A stretch of DNA of 64,000 nucleotides, counting the filler, from Sphacelaria rigidula (lineage: Eukaryota): assembly GCA_964200075.2 (NCBI GenBank). It is 4 parts of 4 records of this genome, joined end to end, with 100 filler letters (N's around TTAATTAATTAA, not from the genome) between each part and the next. Parts side by side here need not be neighbours in the genome. Positions count along the whole stretch, not along the records: positions 32,177 to 48,159 come from CAXNAA020001533.1; positions 48,260 to 64,000 come from CAXNAA020001617.1; 2 more parts are not named here. One strand, written 5' to 3'. The translations under genes and the position numbers were made by a program. This document shows positions 39,201 to 52,500 of the stretch, piece by piece. How positions within the stretch are numbered: the first letter of the stretch is position 1; the number at the start of each line of letters is the position of its first letter. The notes under the pieces are model-generated. The model searched no databases. It was not told the DNA's origin and saw only the letters and a program-made list of their open reading frames with translations.

Positions 39201-42200
39201 CCCCACGTGGCGATATCTACAGATATTCGTACGATGATGGCGCTGCATACAAACCTGCACACATGTTGCACAGTATAGAATTTCGACTATAGGTTGTGAA
39301 CGGCGATGGATCACGGAATCAGGCCTTCATCGCTGTTCTTCGTCTCCCCCCCCCTCCCCCGACAGAAACCTTACACAGAAACGTGCACACACGGAGACCT
39401 GAATTTCACGACACCAACTGGGCTGATCACCAAGCTGGATAGAAACGCGTGACGGCCTCAACTAGGCGATCGCAACGAAATGTTGAGCTCGACCTGAGTC
39501 ATTACCGTTTAAACGATATGATAATCCGACATAAAGTGATTTTACTTGACTGGCTTGGCGTGCATAAAAAGGCGGGGGCGGGGGCTGAACGAGGTGAGAA
39601 TTTCACGATTTTCACGAGTGTAGGATGTCGTCCAGTGATACCTGTATACTTCCTCTGTCCCATAAGTGAAGTCGGTATGGGTGCGGGGTGCAGATATTCG
39701 GTTCATTCAAAAATAAGTTACGGGGTTGTTCAAAGGAAAGAAAACGGAGTCCTAGCAGTTGAGAACGTTTAGAACGAAATCGCCCACATGTGGTATTTCA
39801 AGGGAAATGCTTTCAACTTTTTTCTCAGATTTTCGACGTTTGATCACCCACAACAGTGCACAACCACGATGAACTCTCCCGTGCACCCCCAGCCACGTTA
39901 TCAACAGGGTGCCGAAGTACCGTTGGGCCGCCGTTAAGCCATGGCGATGAAGATAGCGCTGGACTTTCCGCCAGAAGAATCAAGGGTGGCGAAGGGTATT
40001 CTAGATCCGCTCACCGAGCACTACCGTGTTGGACAAAACTACAGAAAGCTGCCAGGTCACATAGACGACACCTGGGAGCTCGACCTACCAAACGAACCTC
40101 GGAGTGGCCGGTTGTCACTCTTTACTGCATCATAGGCCGCGGCACTGCGGACGGTAACCTCGCACAATCGGTCATTTGCGCTCAGGCAAGTGTCCGATCA
40201 GCTGAAGGAGATCGGGCTGGGATACGGCTCAGCGAACGCGAAGCGATGGCCCAGGAAGGAGAGGGGGGCAAAGTTGGCTCGACTCAACGGGCCGTCCCTT
40301 TCTGACACCCAGAAAAAGGGCCGGGTCAAATTTGGCTGCGATCAGGTGAACGAGATAACGGGCAACTTCTTTTACCAAGGGAACGTCATCCATCTGGACG
40401 AAAGTTGGTCATGTCTTTTGAGGAACAAGGAGAAACGTTCGAGTTTTCGCGGGTGAAGCTATCCCTGGGTCTCCCCGCGAACGGGAGAAGAAGTATCTTC
40501 GAATATCATGGCATTGTGGCAAATCTCGGCCAGACCGGAATCCCGACTTCGTGGGAAAATATGAGTATCTGGCGCATATGCATCCTGAAAGCGGCCGAGT
40601 GATCGCCCAAAAGGAGGGAAAGGGGGGAAGAGTACGAGTTCAACCGCCCCATAGACGCCGACTGGTAAAACACATGGTACCTTGACGAATTCCTTCCCGC
40701 AGTCAAGGTCAAGATGCTGTGGCTACGCTCGAAGCGAGTACTGGTGCAGCAGGACGGCGCAAGCCCTCACCCTTGGAGAGACGATCCCGGAATTCTCGAC
40801 TCCGCGGGGATGGGGCGGGGTTGAGTGATAGAGCCTGTGACGCAGCCGTCGAAGTCGCCTGACCTGAACATCAACGACCTAGGCTGCTGTGCATCTCTGA
40901 AGTCAAGGGTATGGGAGGTGAACCCCAGTTCGATAGAGGAGTAAGTGGAGACCATCCTCGAGCAGTACAAAGGGTATGACGGGAACACGCTAGAAGCGGT
41001 TTGGCAAAGCCTCTTCAACGTTGACAACCAAACACTCCGGAAGTTAGGCAATAACGACTTCTAGCACGGAGTATACAGGGGCTGCGACGCGGAAGAGGGA
41101 CACGGTGGCAAGGGTGGAAAATACGACAGTGAGGCCTTCACAAGGGTCTGGGACTACCTAGCATCAACTTTCAGTGACGGCGAGGGGGATTGCTCCTTTC
41201 TCGCATTTTTTTTGTGGGACGTTTTTCTGCCCTGGAATAGGGGCGAAAATACGGGCATTTCGGGCCGATTGTGTTTTTCCTGCCGTTTGCCCAGGTAGTG
41301 TAGGGTAGTGCGCGAATAAAGAAGTGAAGACTTCAACTGAAACAAACGTCCAAGATTTCAAAAGCATGATTACGCTTCACGAGCCAAGCGGCAGGGGACC
41401 GTCGTTTCCTCTTTGTTATCTTCAGTTGACGGTATTTGCTCTCTCTTTTCCTCTTCAAGCTTTTCCCATTCGCGGGTTCCCTTGGCGTATTCCCTTTTTT
41501 TTCACCTCGGGCGAATACATCTGTCATACGACCACGGCTGGATGTGGACCTCCAGAGTGCCGAGGATGTTCATTGTTGGCAGATTGTTATCGCCGCCGCC
41601 ACCGTTACCGTCAAAATCCCCGGGCTGGAGTGCACAGTACAGTAGGAGGAGTACATCACCACCGAGCTAGAAGGACGCCGCCGTGAGAGATGCGGCCACC
41701 GCCGCCACCGCCACCACTACCCCCGCGGTTGCAGTGGCGGCAGCGGCGGGAGCATCTCTCACAGCGGCGTCCTCCTTGCGTATGGTGCTGTATGGTACTG
41801 TTCAGCTCGACGGCGATATACTCCTGCTGTAACATGCATGCACTCCGACTTGGGGATTTTGACCGCAACGGCGGTGGTAGCGGTAACAGACCACTGAGAA
41901 AGAACATCTTCAGCAATCTGGAGCTCCGCAATCTCGTACCGGGCTTCGGTTCCCAAGGCGTCAAGCGTAAACCACAGACTAAAGGGAAACGCGCTGGACG
42001 TGGAAGCGTGTCGGTTACGAAAATGCACAAACCGTGGTGGCTTCTAGTGGCTAATCTTATCGACACAGTATTCTTTAGTCTAGCGTGCAGAGCTTTTGTT
42101 CACTTCACATGAGCGTCACACAGAACCGACTTTACTTGTTGGGGGCAGAGGAAGTACAGCACATTTGCAGCCAAAAACGTTGTGATGGCCTGGTGACAAG

Positions 42201-42835
42201 TCATTTTACGGGCACAGCGTGCCCCCTGCCCCTTCCGTCGCTTGCCGTACTTGAAACTCACTTTCGTCAAGGTACCGATACATACAACATATTTTACTCT
42301 CAATTACCCCCTCCTCCCGGTTTGCACTCATGAAACAAGTACTTGATCAGTGACCGACCATATGACCTACGAGAACGAGCACCAAGCGGTACGTAGACTT
42401 CTTGAGATCCTGAAGGACAGAAGCTGTTACAAAAGTGTGGAGGAATCGTCGGCCAAGCTTTTCGATAGTGCAGGTCTCCTCGGAAGCATTGCTGAAGTAG
42501 CGACCCATGGTGAACCGTACACGGAGTGGGAAGGAGTGATGATGTACGGGACATCCCGAACCAGTACAGCAGTGGGGCAAGAAGATGGAAAATACGACCG
42601 TGGGACGCCTGGATGGTTTACATGCAACTCACCTGGCACAACCGTGGGGTACTTGGGTCAAAGGTGTTGAACTTGGCTGCAGGCTACGAGGCCGTATTGG
42701 AGGCATTACTTAGTGTCGGTGAACCAGCAAAAATACTAAAAACGCACCAGACCCCCAACAGTACTAGGATTGAGATAACCCAGTACCTTGACTACATCCC
42801 ACCACAAGCCTTGAAACGAACAAGCTGGAGATAAT

Positions 42836-42869
<34 letters not shown>

Positions 42870-45800
42870 GGTAAGGAAGGATGGATGAAGAAGTAAAGAA
42901 TGGACAGATTAAGTACTGGTAGTGCTGGTATTCGGAGTACGTAGCGACATGACGAGAACATAGTCTAAAAGAAAACGCCATGAAGTCGGACTACACTGTC
43001 TGGCAATAGAAGACGTACAAAGGCAAGAATAACACTCCCGAGTCACGCAAAACCAGAGCGCGAGCAAGGAGAGGGGAAGGATAGAGACGAGCAAGGTGTC
43101 GGCATGGTAAGAAGGGAAAGTGGAAAGATGTAGCGAATGAAACACATTCGAGGAGGGATAGAAGGAACGATGGGAAACAAGGCAGGACAGATAGACAAGG
43201 GGATAGCGACACTACGGGCACAGAACGGTAAAATGGTCAGTACTTCGAAGAGAAAGAGGTGACTACTAGTAGAGCACTACCGTAAACTATCAACACCAGA
43301 AAACAACACGAAGTTCAACACGTAATTCAAGAAAGAAACCAACGCATGGTCAGAGGCAAACGTAAAGGCACCAAAGCGGACGGATAGTGGCTTCAAAGAA
43401 TTGCAGAGAATTCACCAGAGATAAAGTAAAGGGGTGTGTAGCTAAACTCAAGAACAGAAAGGCAGCAGGGGCAGACGAAATAGTGAATGAATTTCTAGGG
43501 TACGGGGGAGAGGAAATGATTACCATGGTAGTTACGCTGTATAACTGGATATGGGAAAACGAGTACACACCCAAATAGGTGGAGAGAACGAGTAGTAGCC
43601 AACTTTTCCAGGAACGTAAACTAGGCTGACCCAAGAGATTATAGAGGGATAACGCTAATGAGCACCGTAGGGAAAACATTGCGTATGATACTGAACAACA
43701 GAGTGGGAACGATCGTGGAGAAAGAGAGAAAATCAGCGAGGGGCAAGCAGGGCTTAGAACAAACCGTAGCTGCGTAGACCATGTGCATACATTAGGTAAG
43801 ATTATTACAGGTAGGAACGACGCCGGGCTGACAACGTACTTTTTATTTCTGGACGTATAGAAGACCCATGACAGTATGGACAGATGGGCTGTGGAAAAAG
43901 ATATGAGAAACTGGCATCAGAGAAAAGATGTGGGGAATAATGGAGAATATGGCAAAATGTGCCAAAAGTGCTATGCTAGACGGGGAACTATCGATATATT
44001 TTGATATTTTTTAATGGAGTTGCACAAGGATGTAAGTCATCACCCAAGTTATTCAAAGTATTCATCGATTACCTGATAATAGCAAAATAAGCGGTAAAGC
44101 AAGGAGTCAAGGTGGGGGAAGATACGGTATCAGGAGTGATGTTCGCGGACGATTTCGCGGGGATATTAGAAACATCAAAAGAACTGCAGAGGCAAATAGA
44201 GACGGCATTATGATACACTAGGAAGCGGAGAGGAGAAAATGTGAAGAAATGCGCGGTACTCGTCTGCAACGAAGATAAGAAAAATCCGGTAGAGTTCAAA
44301 TGGAAGTGGAGAGAAGAGGAACTGCCGATCGTAGACCAGTATTCATAACTTGGCGTAGATATCTAAAAAGAGTGTTATTGAGATGCACACATTAACAAAG
44401 TAATAGAGAAGGGTAAGGCACAGATAGGCAGGATGGACGTGATCCTCAGAGACACACATAGACACAAGGATGAAGAGGCGTATGCAGGGGAAGTACGGAA
44501 GGGAAAGGTGAAGTTGATGAATACGTTGGAACAGTACAGATGACAGCAGCTGAGAAGATACTTGGATGCTCAAAAACGACGAGTAATACAGCATTGAGAG
44601 CAGAATTGGCAACGTACTCACTTGAAACAAACAGAGACATGAGGAAATTGAAATGGCAATATAGCGTAAAGAACATGCAGAGAAAATATTGACTGCCATA
44701 GATTAACCGCACAAGGGGCCCAAGGAAGCTGGCCACCCCCCCTCCCCCAAACGATGGAAGGAAAACCTCCAGGAGAACCTACGTGCGCGAGGGGCTGTCC
44801 CGCACAAAGGAGCCCGATGAGAGTGGTTCGTCTACAGTGTACAGGTTAACGATGCATACGATTGGGTCACTGCGGCGAAGAACATGAGCAAATGGCATAT
44901 TGGAGTCGAAAAGAGGGCGGAAGAGTTTGAGGACACGTAGCGAGGCGAAAACAAACGAGAATCGGACCGCCGTAACCAACGTGAGGATGCTGCGTCGAGA
45001 GCCGCCAATCGAAGAATCCTGTCTGCCCTTATCGGTCAGTGATCGTGCCCTCGGTCGGTTGCCCGGCGGTGCCCCCTGTTGTGTGTCTATATCCGCTCTG
45101 CTGCCCTGAATTCTCTGGGCTTCACCACTTTTGTAGTCCGCTTCTTCTCTGCTCTCCCCTTTCCCCATCTTCCTCTTTTTATATGTGTCTTTTCCTGCCG
45201 GTGTATGCCAGAGCAGTTCGGTACCTCGCTACATTGTCTTTGCCCATTAAGGAGAGGGTCCGAAATGCAAATAGTGCGGTTGTGGTAGATGAGCCGCACT
45301 CTTTTGTTTTTTCCCCAGGGCCTTTTGTTTCCTACGACTGGGTATGAGAGTGGCTATGCGGACGACCTTGTTCAGCCGGAGTCATTTAGCAAAGACCGGG
45401 TATATATACTTCGAAGAATGTTTGGTCTCGGACTACTCCCTTGTTCTGCTCCACCTTTTCTGATTCTTCTTTTCTTCTTCAGCGAAAGTTCCAGTTTCAC
45501 GTTTTGTCTCGCGGACGTCTACCATGCGACGACGGCTGGATCCATGCGGGGTCAGTTAAAGTGCGACCATTAATCAAGCCATCATTCAATCAATCAGTTG
45601 ATAGGGCTGTATGGAAGCAAATAACAAAAAGGGCAGGCTCGAATAAAATGGGATAGAGTAGTCGAGAACGTATGGAAGGACATGAGAGGAAACCAAGACG
45701 AGATAATGTCCACAGGTGGAAGACGGAGGGTACGAGACAAAAGTGTTAGACATGATAGAAAGAAGGGAAACAGAAACGCCCAGTCGCGAGGTAGGACGAG

Positions 45801-47574
45801 GAAGTACACCTGAAGATATACGGGGGTTTGAGAGAGGGGGCAGGGATGAAAACATATATACATGTCTCAATGGAGTCCGCAAAAAAACAAGACTGAATTC
45901 CGGGTGGGGGACGTGAATTTGCCGGAAAGAAGAAAGAGATATACCAGTAGTCGAGAGGAGGAGGAAGAAGATGCGCATAATTGCCCCTATGGCGAAGCAA
46001 CAGAGAGTAGAACTCATACAATGGCGGGATGTGAACTATACAAGAAGGAACTGAACGTGCTCGAAGGGGAAATGTGGAAATTACACGAAGGTGGCATAGA
46101 ATCGTTTGATGCATAGACAGTACGAGCTGCAGCTGAGAGTGATTTTTGAATTAAGAATGGCGATGCGATTGGTAAATCCAACAGTCGAATGCTGAAATTT
46201 TGATACGACAAGGTTGTCGCGTGATGTATGGAATAACTGTAATGAGCGCCGAAATGCTGCAATCGTCTCTATGGAAGTAGGAACGGTGCTCCACCTCGAT
46301 AGGGATGCGTGGTCAGTGGTCAAATGAATACGACAAGCAACAAATGAGTAAATGAGTGAGTACGCCTTCCCTGTACCTTTTCTTAGTTCCTCTCTTCATA
46401 CTATGGTGGACCCAAAACGAGCAGATAGTCCAGTGTTTCCAACTCCCTGATTGACGTTGATCTCCACCACAACAGAACCCCAGCTGCGCAACAAGAGCCT
46501 CCTGTTTTTTTTTGTGCTTTGTTTTCCTACGGTTTCACTACCCAATGACTGAAAAAAAATACCCATGAATATGTCCCATGAGGAACCGAACAAGCGAAGC
46601 AGGCGCAGGACACGGGAGGACCAACAGCCACCCAGACCCTCTCGGTGGACGAGTTATGATCTAGAATTTGAGGGCAACGACTACGACAGGACAAGTGGTA
46701 TAGACTCACAGTGGACTTGCTTGCACTTCTTGCACCGCTTGGTGGCGCAAGGGTTGAGGCAGAAGGCGCACTGGGGATCCGGAGGGAGCCCTGGCAAAGA
46801 CACGATGGAAAATGACAAATCAACAAAAAAAGACAGTTCGTGTGCCGCACAGTACTGTAGACATGTCATAATGATACATCTCAATCCGTTATCCGTGAAC
46901 GAACGGTGAGCAACACTTGCCAGAATATTAAAAAATGGGACTGCTCGATACTACAATAATAAGTCTCCACACACATAGTCATCATCTCCCATGTTGTGCA
47001 GACGAGAAGTTGACAGACGCACACACAAAAGATCTACATACGCATACCATCGCACACTGACTTATTTCCACATGTTGTTTTAGTGTTCCTCCGTTTTCAC
47101 CCCCCCCCCCCCCCCCTTTCTTCTTGCACCTTAGTTCTAATCACTGCGAGCGTTTCCTCTCATTCCATGTTGAGAACATCTTCTTCATGACAACACACGC
47201 CTGCATTCGCAGTGGCATCAGTAGATGCAATGAACCAGACGACGAGGCAATCAATCCAACCATCCATCAATTCAGTCAGCCTGCCAATACACGCATCCGT
47301 CCACACACAGCAGACGGCGAATGGCTCACTCACCCTTCTGCGCGCGCTCGAAACGAGCCCACTCTGGAGCTGTCTTGGGCATTCTCTTCAGACCAGCACT
47401 CTTGAGGACAGCGGCCATCTGTTCGTCGACGGGCGAGTTTGGGTCCGGCGACGAGGGTAGCGAGGAAGAGCGGGCAACGCCACCGGGAGCATTCTTCCCG
47501 CGCTGCTGCCCGTTTCCGTTCGCGGCAGCATCTGCGGCTGGATTCGCGCCTCCTATATTGTTTTGTTCATCCAT
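36271..47574 (-). CDS. MYND-type zinc finger protein, 130 aa; exons 47574-47334, 46790-46710, 36341-36271
   Basis: GCCGCCATGG start, GTGAGT donors and CAG acceptors in matching phase (241+81+71=393 nt). The spliced product ends CAFCLNPCATKRCKKCKQVHYCSRDCQVKHWKKEHKDNCMDVC*, a complete MYND motif. Confidence 0.92.
39649..42154 (+). mobile_element. Tc1/mariner (DD39D-like) transposon with TIRs and a decayed transposase (~39940-41070)
   Basis: TA|CTTCCTCTGTCCC...GGGGCAGAGGAAG|TA, a Stowaway-like TIR matching over ~27 bp. Motifs IHLDESW, QQDGASPH and QPSKSPDLNINDLG are present, with several stops and frameshifts. Confidence 0.9.
41549..41923. repeat. Imperfect ~375-bp palindrome (foldback/MITE-like) inside the mariner
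   Basis: The arms share ctccaga...gatgttc, gtcaaaatcccc, ggagtgca and ggacgccgc(c/t)gtgagagatgc in inverted orientation. Confidence 0.75.
42870..46370 (+). mobile_element. RTEX-like LINE with decayed RT ORF
   Basis: AKLKNRKAAGADEIVNEF, YRGITL, GVMFADDF (~44142), CPYGEATESRTH...C and a 3' end gagtacgcc; many stops. Confidence 0.92.
44702..45597 (+). mobile_element. 5'-truncated RTE-like LINE nested in the RTEX element
   Basis: It interrupts the host sequence ccatag|ttgatagggct. It encodes DWVTAAKNMSKWHIGVEKRAEEF, has a pyrimidine-rich 3' UTR with acgacggctggat, and ends in a (CAAT)n tail. Confidence 0.8.
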
Positions 47575-48159
47575 GGCGGCCGGGCGAGATGGGGACGGAG
47601 ACGGAGAGGGGGGTAGAAGAGATCGGTGGGGAAGTGGCGTGTAGTTGGTTGTTGGCATGTATGAAAACGTATGAGGAGTTGCTGGAGAGGGAGTGAATGG
47701 TGGCTGGATTCATCAGCAAAAGGTAATCGGCGTGTACACCTCCCAGCTGGAAAACAATGGGACAGGACATGGATGGGCAAAATGGATGCGTCTCTAGTCC
47801 GCCACCACTACGTTCACTGACAGAAAAAAAGAGACGACGCTAATCTCTTTCGTCACATGTACCGCAAACGGTAGCTGAGAAGCCATACTTGTATTCGTCG
47901 GTGCGCCAAAGGCCCCGTTCATGAACTAAACAGGCATGCATTACGATAAGTCACCCCAATTATATATGTACTTTACGTATGGCATACGTCCACCCCCAAA
48001 GAGCAACACAAGGAAACGCACCTTCTGCACCACCGCGCTTGTCCTCTGGAACCCCCTGCCCACGACAAAGCACGGGGGGGGGGGGGAAACGTCACGATGG
48101 AGACCGCGGTATGTTCACGGTAACCCCAGCAGGGGGCATGTTCTGGGCAAAAGCCGCTA

Positions 48160-48259
48160 NNNNNNNNNNNNNNNNNNNNNNNNNNNNNNNNNNNNNNNNN
48201 NNNTTAATTAATTAANNNNNNNNNNNNNNNNNNNNNNNNNNNNNNNNNNNNNNNNNNNN
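48160..48259. other. Artificial scaffold linker
   Basis: N44-TTAATTAATTAA-N44. Confidence 0.97.
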
Positions 48260-48345
48260 GGCTTTGATCATTCGCTTTAACTTGGCCAATTTTTCATTCC
48301 GTGTGTGCTTTTCTTCGCCTCATCACTGCCATGTGCTTACAGCTA

Positions 48346-48625
48346 CACGTTGATATCCTACTCAGGGGTATCGATCGAGGGCCTCAGTGGCGAGCTACTA
48401 CATAGAGAATATTGGGCCTGGTGAAGGTGGATTCCGGAACTGAAACGGAGTATTCACTAATTGACCGCTTTTCACTTTCAATCATACCTCCATTTCTCAA
48501 TTCCACGAAAACGTTGTTAAATGAATCATTTCAGTTCCGAAATGCCCCCCCCACGAGGCCCGATATGCTTTCTGTAGTAGCTTACCACAGAGGCCCTTGA
48601 TATCCTCGAGTAGGAAATTGACGTG
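48346..48625. mobile_element. 280-bp MITE with long TIRs and TA TSD
   Basis: TA|CACGT...ACGTG|TA with ~120-bp imperfect inverted arms. Confidence 0.8.
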
Positions 48626-49162
48626 TACAATCGAATGTCCTCCTCCGATCCTCGCTGTTGCATCCATGCTCATTTGAGACCAGCACTACGAGCTGGGCCA
48701 GCCTAGAAGCGGATTTGTAGATTGCAGGTTCATTCCCACCTAAATTTTTAAAGTCAGATCTGTGACGCCAGCCAGAAGAAGAACTGCTTGATCACTGCTG
48801 TTTGAGATACTCCCCAGTCTCACTGGCCCCAGTTTCAGTTATCAGCCTTTACAACATTTCATTATTCGGAGTGCCCTTGCATGCACCGCCTTATACACCC
48901 GTCAGGGTATAATCCCCGTGTCCCCGGTTATTATCCAGAATTGTCCCAAAATCCTTCAAGATCCCCGTGTCCCCGGTCATTATCCAGCTCATCACTACCA
49001 ACTCAACGTAACGACGTGATTTCATCACAGCACCCCCAAAGCGCGTTGGACGAAAATCGAGCAACAAGCTTGACACATAAAAACGCCAAAACGATGAGCA
49101 ATTCCCAACTAAAAACCAAACTCAGCGTAATGCGAGTTAGCAAAGGCACGAGTCACGCGAAA

Positions 49163-49407
49163 GACGCTTTCTACGATTATCCTCCCCCAAAACCAGCTAC
49201 AAGTGTCACGAAAAAGATGGCCATACAGCGCCTGATGTTTGGGTTCAGGCTGCATAAAGCGACTCATATTGGCGACATTGGCTAGAACGAACTCAAGCGT
49301 GGGAACCAGCTTCTCGTTGTGCTCGGCTTTTCCCATTTCGATTTACGTGAAGATCTTGCCTCCCAAAACCATGCACTTTTGAGGGGGGGGCTATCGTAGA
49401 AAGTGTC
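49163..49407. mobile_element. MITE with GATAGCCCCCC-type TIRs
   Basis: gacgctttctacgat...atcgtagaaagtgtc; related to 53597-53831. Confidence 0.6.
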
Positions 49408-49589
49408 GAAATTTACGCAACTTCTTCTTGAGAAATTCCGGAGCGGCCTCAACAATATCCTTGAAAGGCTTCCACGTACGCTCTTCAACCTCGAAACCAA
49501 CCCAGTCGACCAACGCGATCAACGAACGATCATCTGCTTCTGCCACTCGGACAATACCAGCCATCTAAAATTGACCCTGATTTAAGGCG

Positions 49590-52500
49590 TGTTGGAACGT
49601 GTCCTGAACGTCAGCCGTGACATGAAGCTGCGAGTCTGCATAAAAACGTAAACGAGCTACACGGGCGGTCTGATTATGACCCGAAACAATGTTCTGGATC
49701 TCAAACATGTGCGGGCGGTGAGCACCTACTACGGACCATTCCACGTCGCCATCAACTTGAGCGTAACGCCCGGACGACGCACGCGTGCATACAGGACATG
49801 GTCGCCTATCTCAAAATTCGGTAGTTCCAGCCCCGACGAGGGCCCCTCATCACGTGTACACACATGTTCAGCGGCAACACGCTCCTGCACTTGACCGTGG
49901 AAACGCTCTTGCAAGTCGAAGACTCCTTACAATGCGCGCTCAATTTGACCATCATCCAAACCATCACAATTCCATTCCCCCGCCGAGAAAGACGCCAACA
50001 CCGAGAAAGACGTCCGAGAAGCACGGCCAAAGATCACGTGGTACGACGTACTATCGTAACAGCGACGATACGCTGAATTGGGCGCCCATTGCACCGCAGG
50101 CAACACGTTCACCCACTCGGAAACCGCTCTACGCTGCTCGAGAAGAATAGAGCGAAGAGGACGAACTACTTCCTTGATCGTGCGTTCGCACGTACCGTTA
50201 AACCACGGAGAATATGCCACCGCAAACTGGTGATCGACGTGCAAAGCCTCTCGCAGTGTAGCCAAAATCGCATTCTTGAAATGCGTGGCGGTGTCACTCA
50301 CCCACACACGCGGCATCCCCAAAGTCTTGCACCAATCTAGCAAAGATCCAGCAGTCTGAAGGGGCTACCAACTAGACTACTGACAAGTCAGCGCTGACTT
50401 GTCAGTAGTCTAGTTGGTTGTATCTTAAACCGTCACAAGTCGATTCAGCAGTACATACTACAACTGATTCCAGAGACACGGAGTTGCTCAAATCATTCAT
50501 GATTACCAAAATGTATCGAAACCCAGCATCCTCCGACAAACCTTGGGAAGCTAGCGGGCCACTCTCGTCCACGTGCAAGAAGTCAAAATGAACGACTTTA
50601 TCCGGCATGATCCCATGGAACGTTTCACCGAGTGAGCGGGGGACAGCATCGCCCGCCCTCGAGTCAGCACAGTGAAGACACTGGCAGACAAATTCGCGGA
50701 CATGAGTTTCTATTCCCTGCCAAACACACAACTCTTGCGAGCGCACGAGCGTCGCAGCCACATCACGATGCCCGGCGTCGCGCATGTGCGCGCAAATCAT
50801 CAGACGTACCTGCAACTGCTTGTCAAAACTAGGAACCCACAACACGTTTCGGCCACGCACATGCACACAGAACATACCTTCATTGTCCAAGACAGCAGTA
50901 CCAACGTCCGACTCGAAAGGTTTCACATTCATCCGCATGTTCGGCCCCGAGGTCTTTTCGATGCGCTTGGTGAACAACAAATGTGGGCGGCATCGAGTCA
51001 TCAGGTTCACGCGGACCATACACAGCCACGACGCGCACGGGCGAAGCCGGAATATTCACTCAATGCGAAACAAAGTCACCCCACGCCTTATGGTCACCCG
51101 ATATGTGGAAAATCGAGTAACGATACCGGCCAAGAACAGCTTTCCAACCCTCCAAACGTTGTGCCAACGCCTTCGACACAGACGTAACGCACGCTTCCGG
51201 GTTGAAAATATACACGAGATTTCGGTGATCCGTGAAAATGTGCACGCCATCCCACAAAAGATGCTCCAAACGACGAAAAGTGCTCACGATAGCAAAACCT
51301 TCCTTGTCAATTGTGGCCCAACGCAACTGCGAACCCTTGAAACTACCCCGGAGGAAAGCCAGCGGTTCATGCGTCATTTCCTCGACCGCCAAGCGTCGTT
51401 GCATTTCAACTTCAGGCACCTGCATGACAAAACTACCCCAATGACACTCAGAAGCATCCGGGAACATCAACGCCCGGCAATCAGGATGAGGACCAAAGAG
51501 CATCCCGGCATGGGCCACCAGATCCTTCGCTGCCGCACACGCCTACAGCCTGCCCTCCGTCCACGATGCAGGCGGAATAGCGCGTTTTTTCCACCATACG
51601 CTTCGTCCGCCTCGCAGCACCCGATATGAGTTCTTCGAGGAAAAAAACGCAAGGCAGCTACGATTTCTGCCGTACGCGGCAACGAGGTACGTATCCAATT
51701 CATGATCCGAAGGAATTGTATGAGTTTTGTGGCTGTCTCCGGGTGCCGCATCTCAGACAAGTCTTGCAATCTGACAGGGTCATGAGATACGCGTCCGTGT
51801 GAGTACACTTTCACACACCACACGAGTTCACCAGCGGAAAAGGTACACTTGTGCGCAGCCGCCAACAAAATAACACCCTCGAAACGAGCACTCAATAGAT
51901 CAAGCATGCCCAACTCTTTGTTGGGCATTACACCCGGCGACTTCTCAGCCTGCTCATTCACGGCTTTGCAGTCGCTTACCAGGCGGAACGAGTTCTTTAT
52001 CGGAATCGCCATAGCTGGACTGGACTACATCGCCTGCAAGTTGCGGAACGCTAACCCGAGCGCCAAAAAAGCTGCCATGCACGATGCCAACCAACTCGAC
52101 TTCACCGGATTGTACAGGCGCGGCTTCGTCTTCGCCGCGGACGCCCCAGGTTTTAGCTGAACACGCATGAGATCCACGCGCGCAGGGGGATCACCCTGCT
52201 GTGCGCACGACGAAACGCGTTGACGCGGCGATGCAAGATGCCGCGCAGGCGCTCCGCTTTTGAGATACTGAGGTATTTTGCCGCACCATCCGTCACGCAC
52301 TCCTCCAGCGCGACCTTCCGAGTGGGCTCCTCTTCCGCCGGATCCATGAACATCTCCGGGCCGCGCTCCACCAAGCGTTCCACCAAGCATTCCACCGCCT
52401 CATCCCGCTCCTCGATCACCTGCCCCCCAGCTTCCTGAAAATCGCCCACCGACAAGCTCACGCGACAATTGCCCGTAGTTGCGGGCGTCTCCACACGCGG

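Noticed and set aside
42350-42830. Possible Copia RT-start remnant
   Set aside because: Only faint EP.T and VLGSK resemblance; too degraded to support.
50672-51629. 281- and 171-aa plus-strand ORFs
   Set aside because: Antisense to the Gypsy RNase H and integrase.
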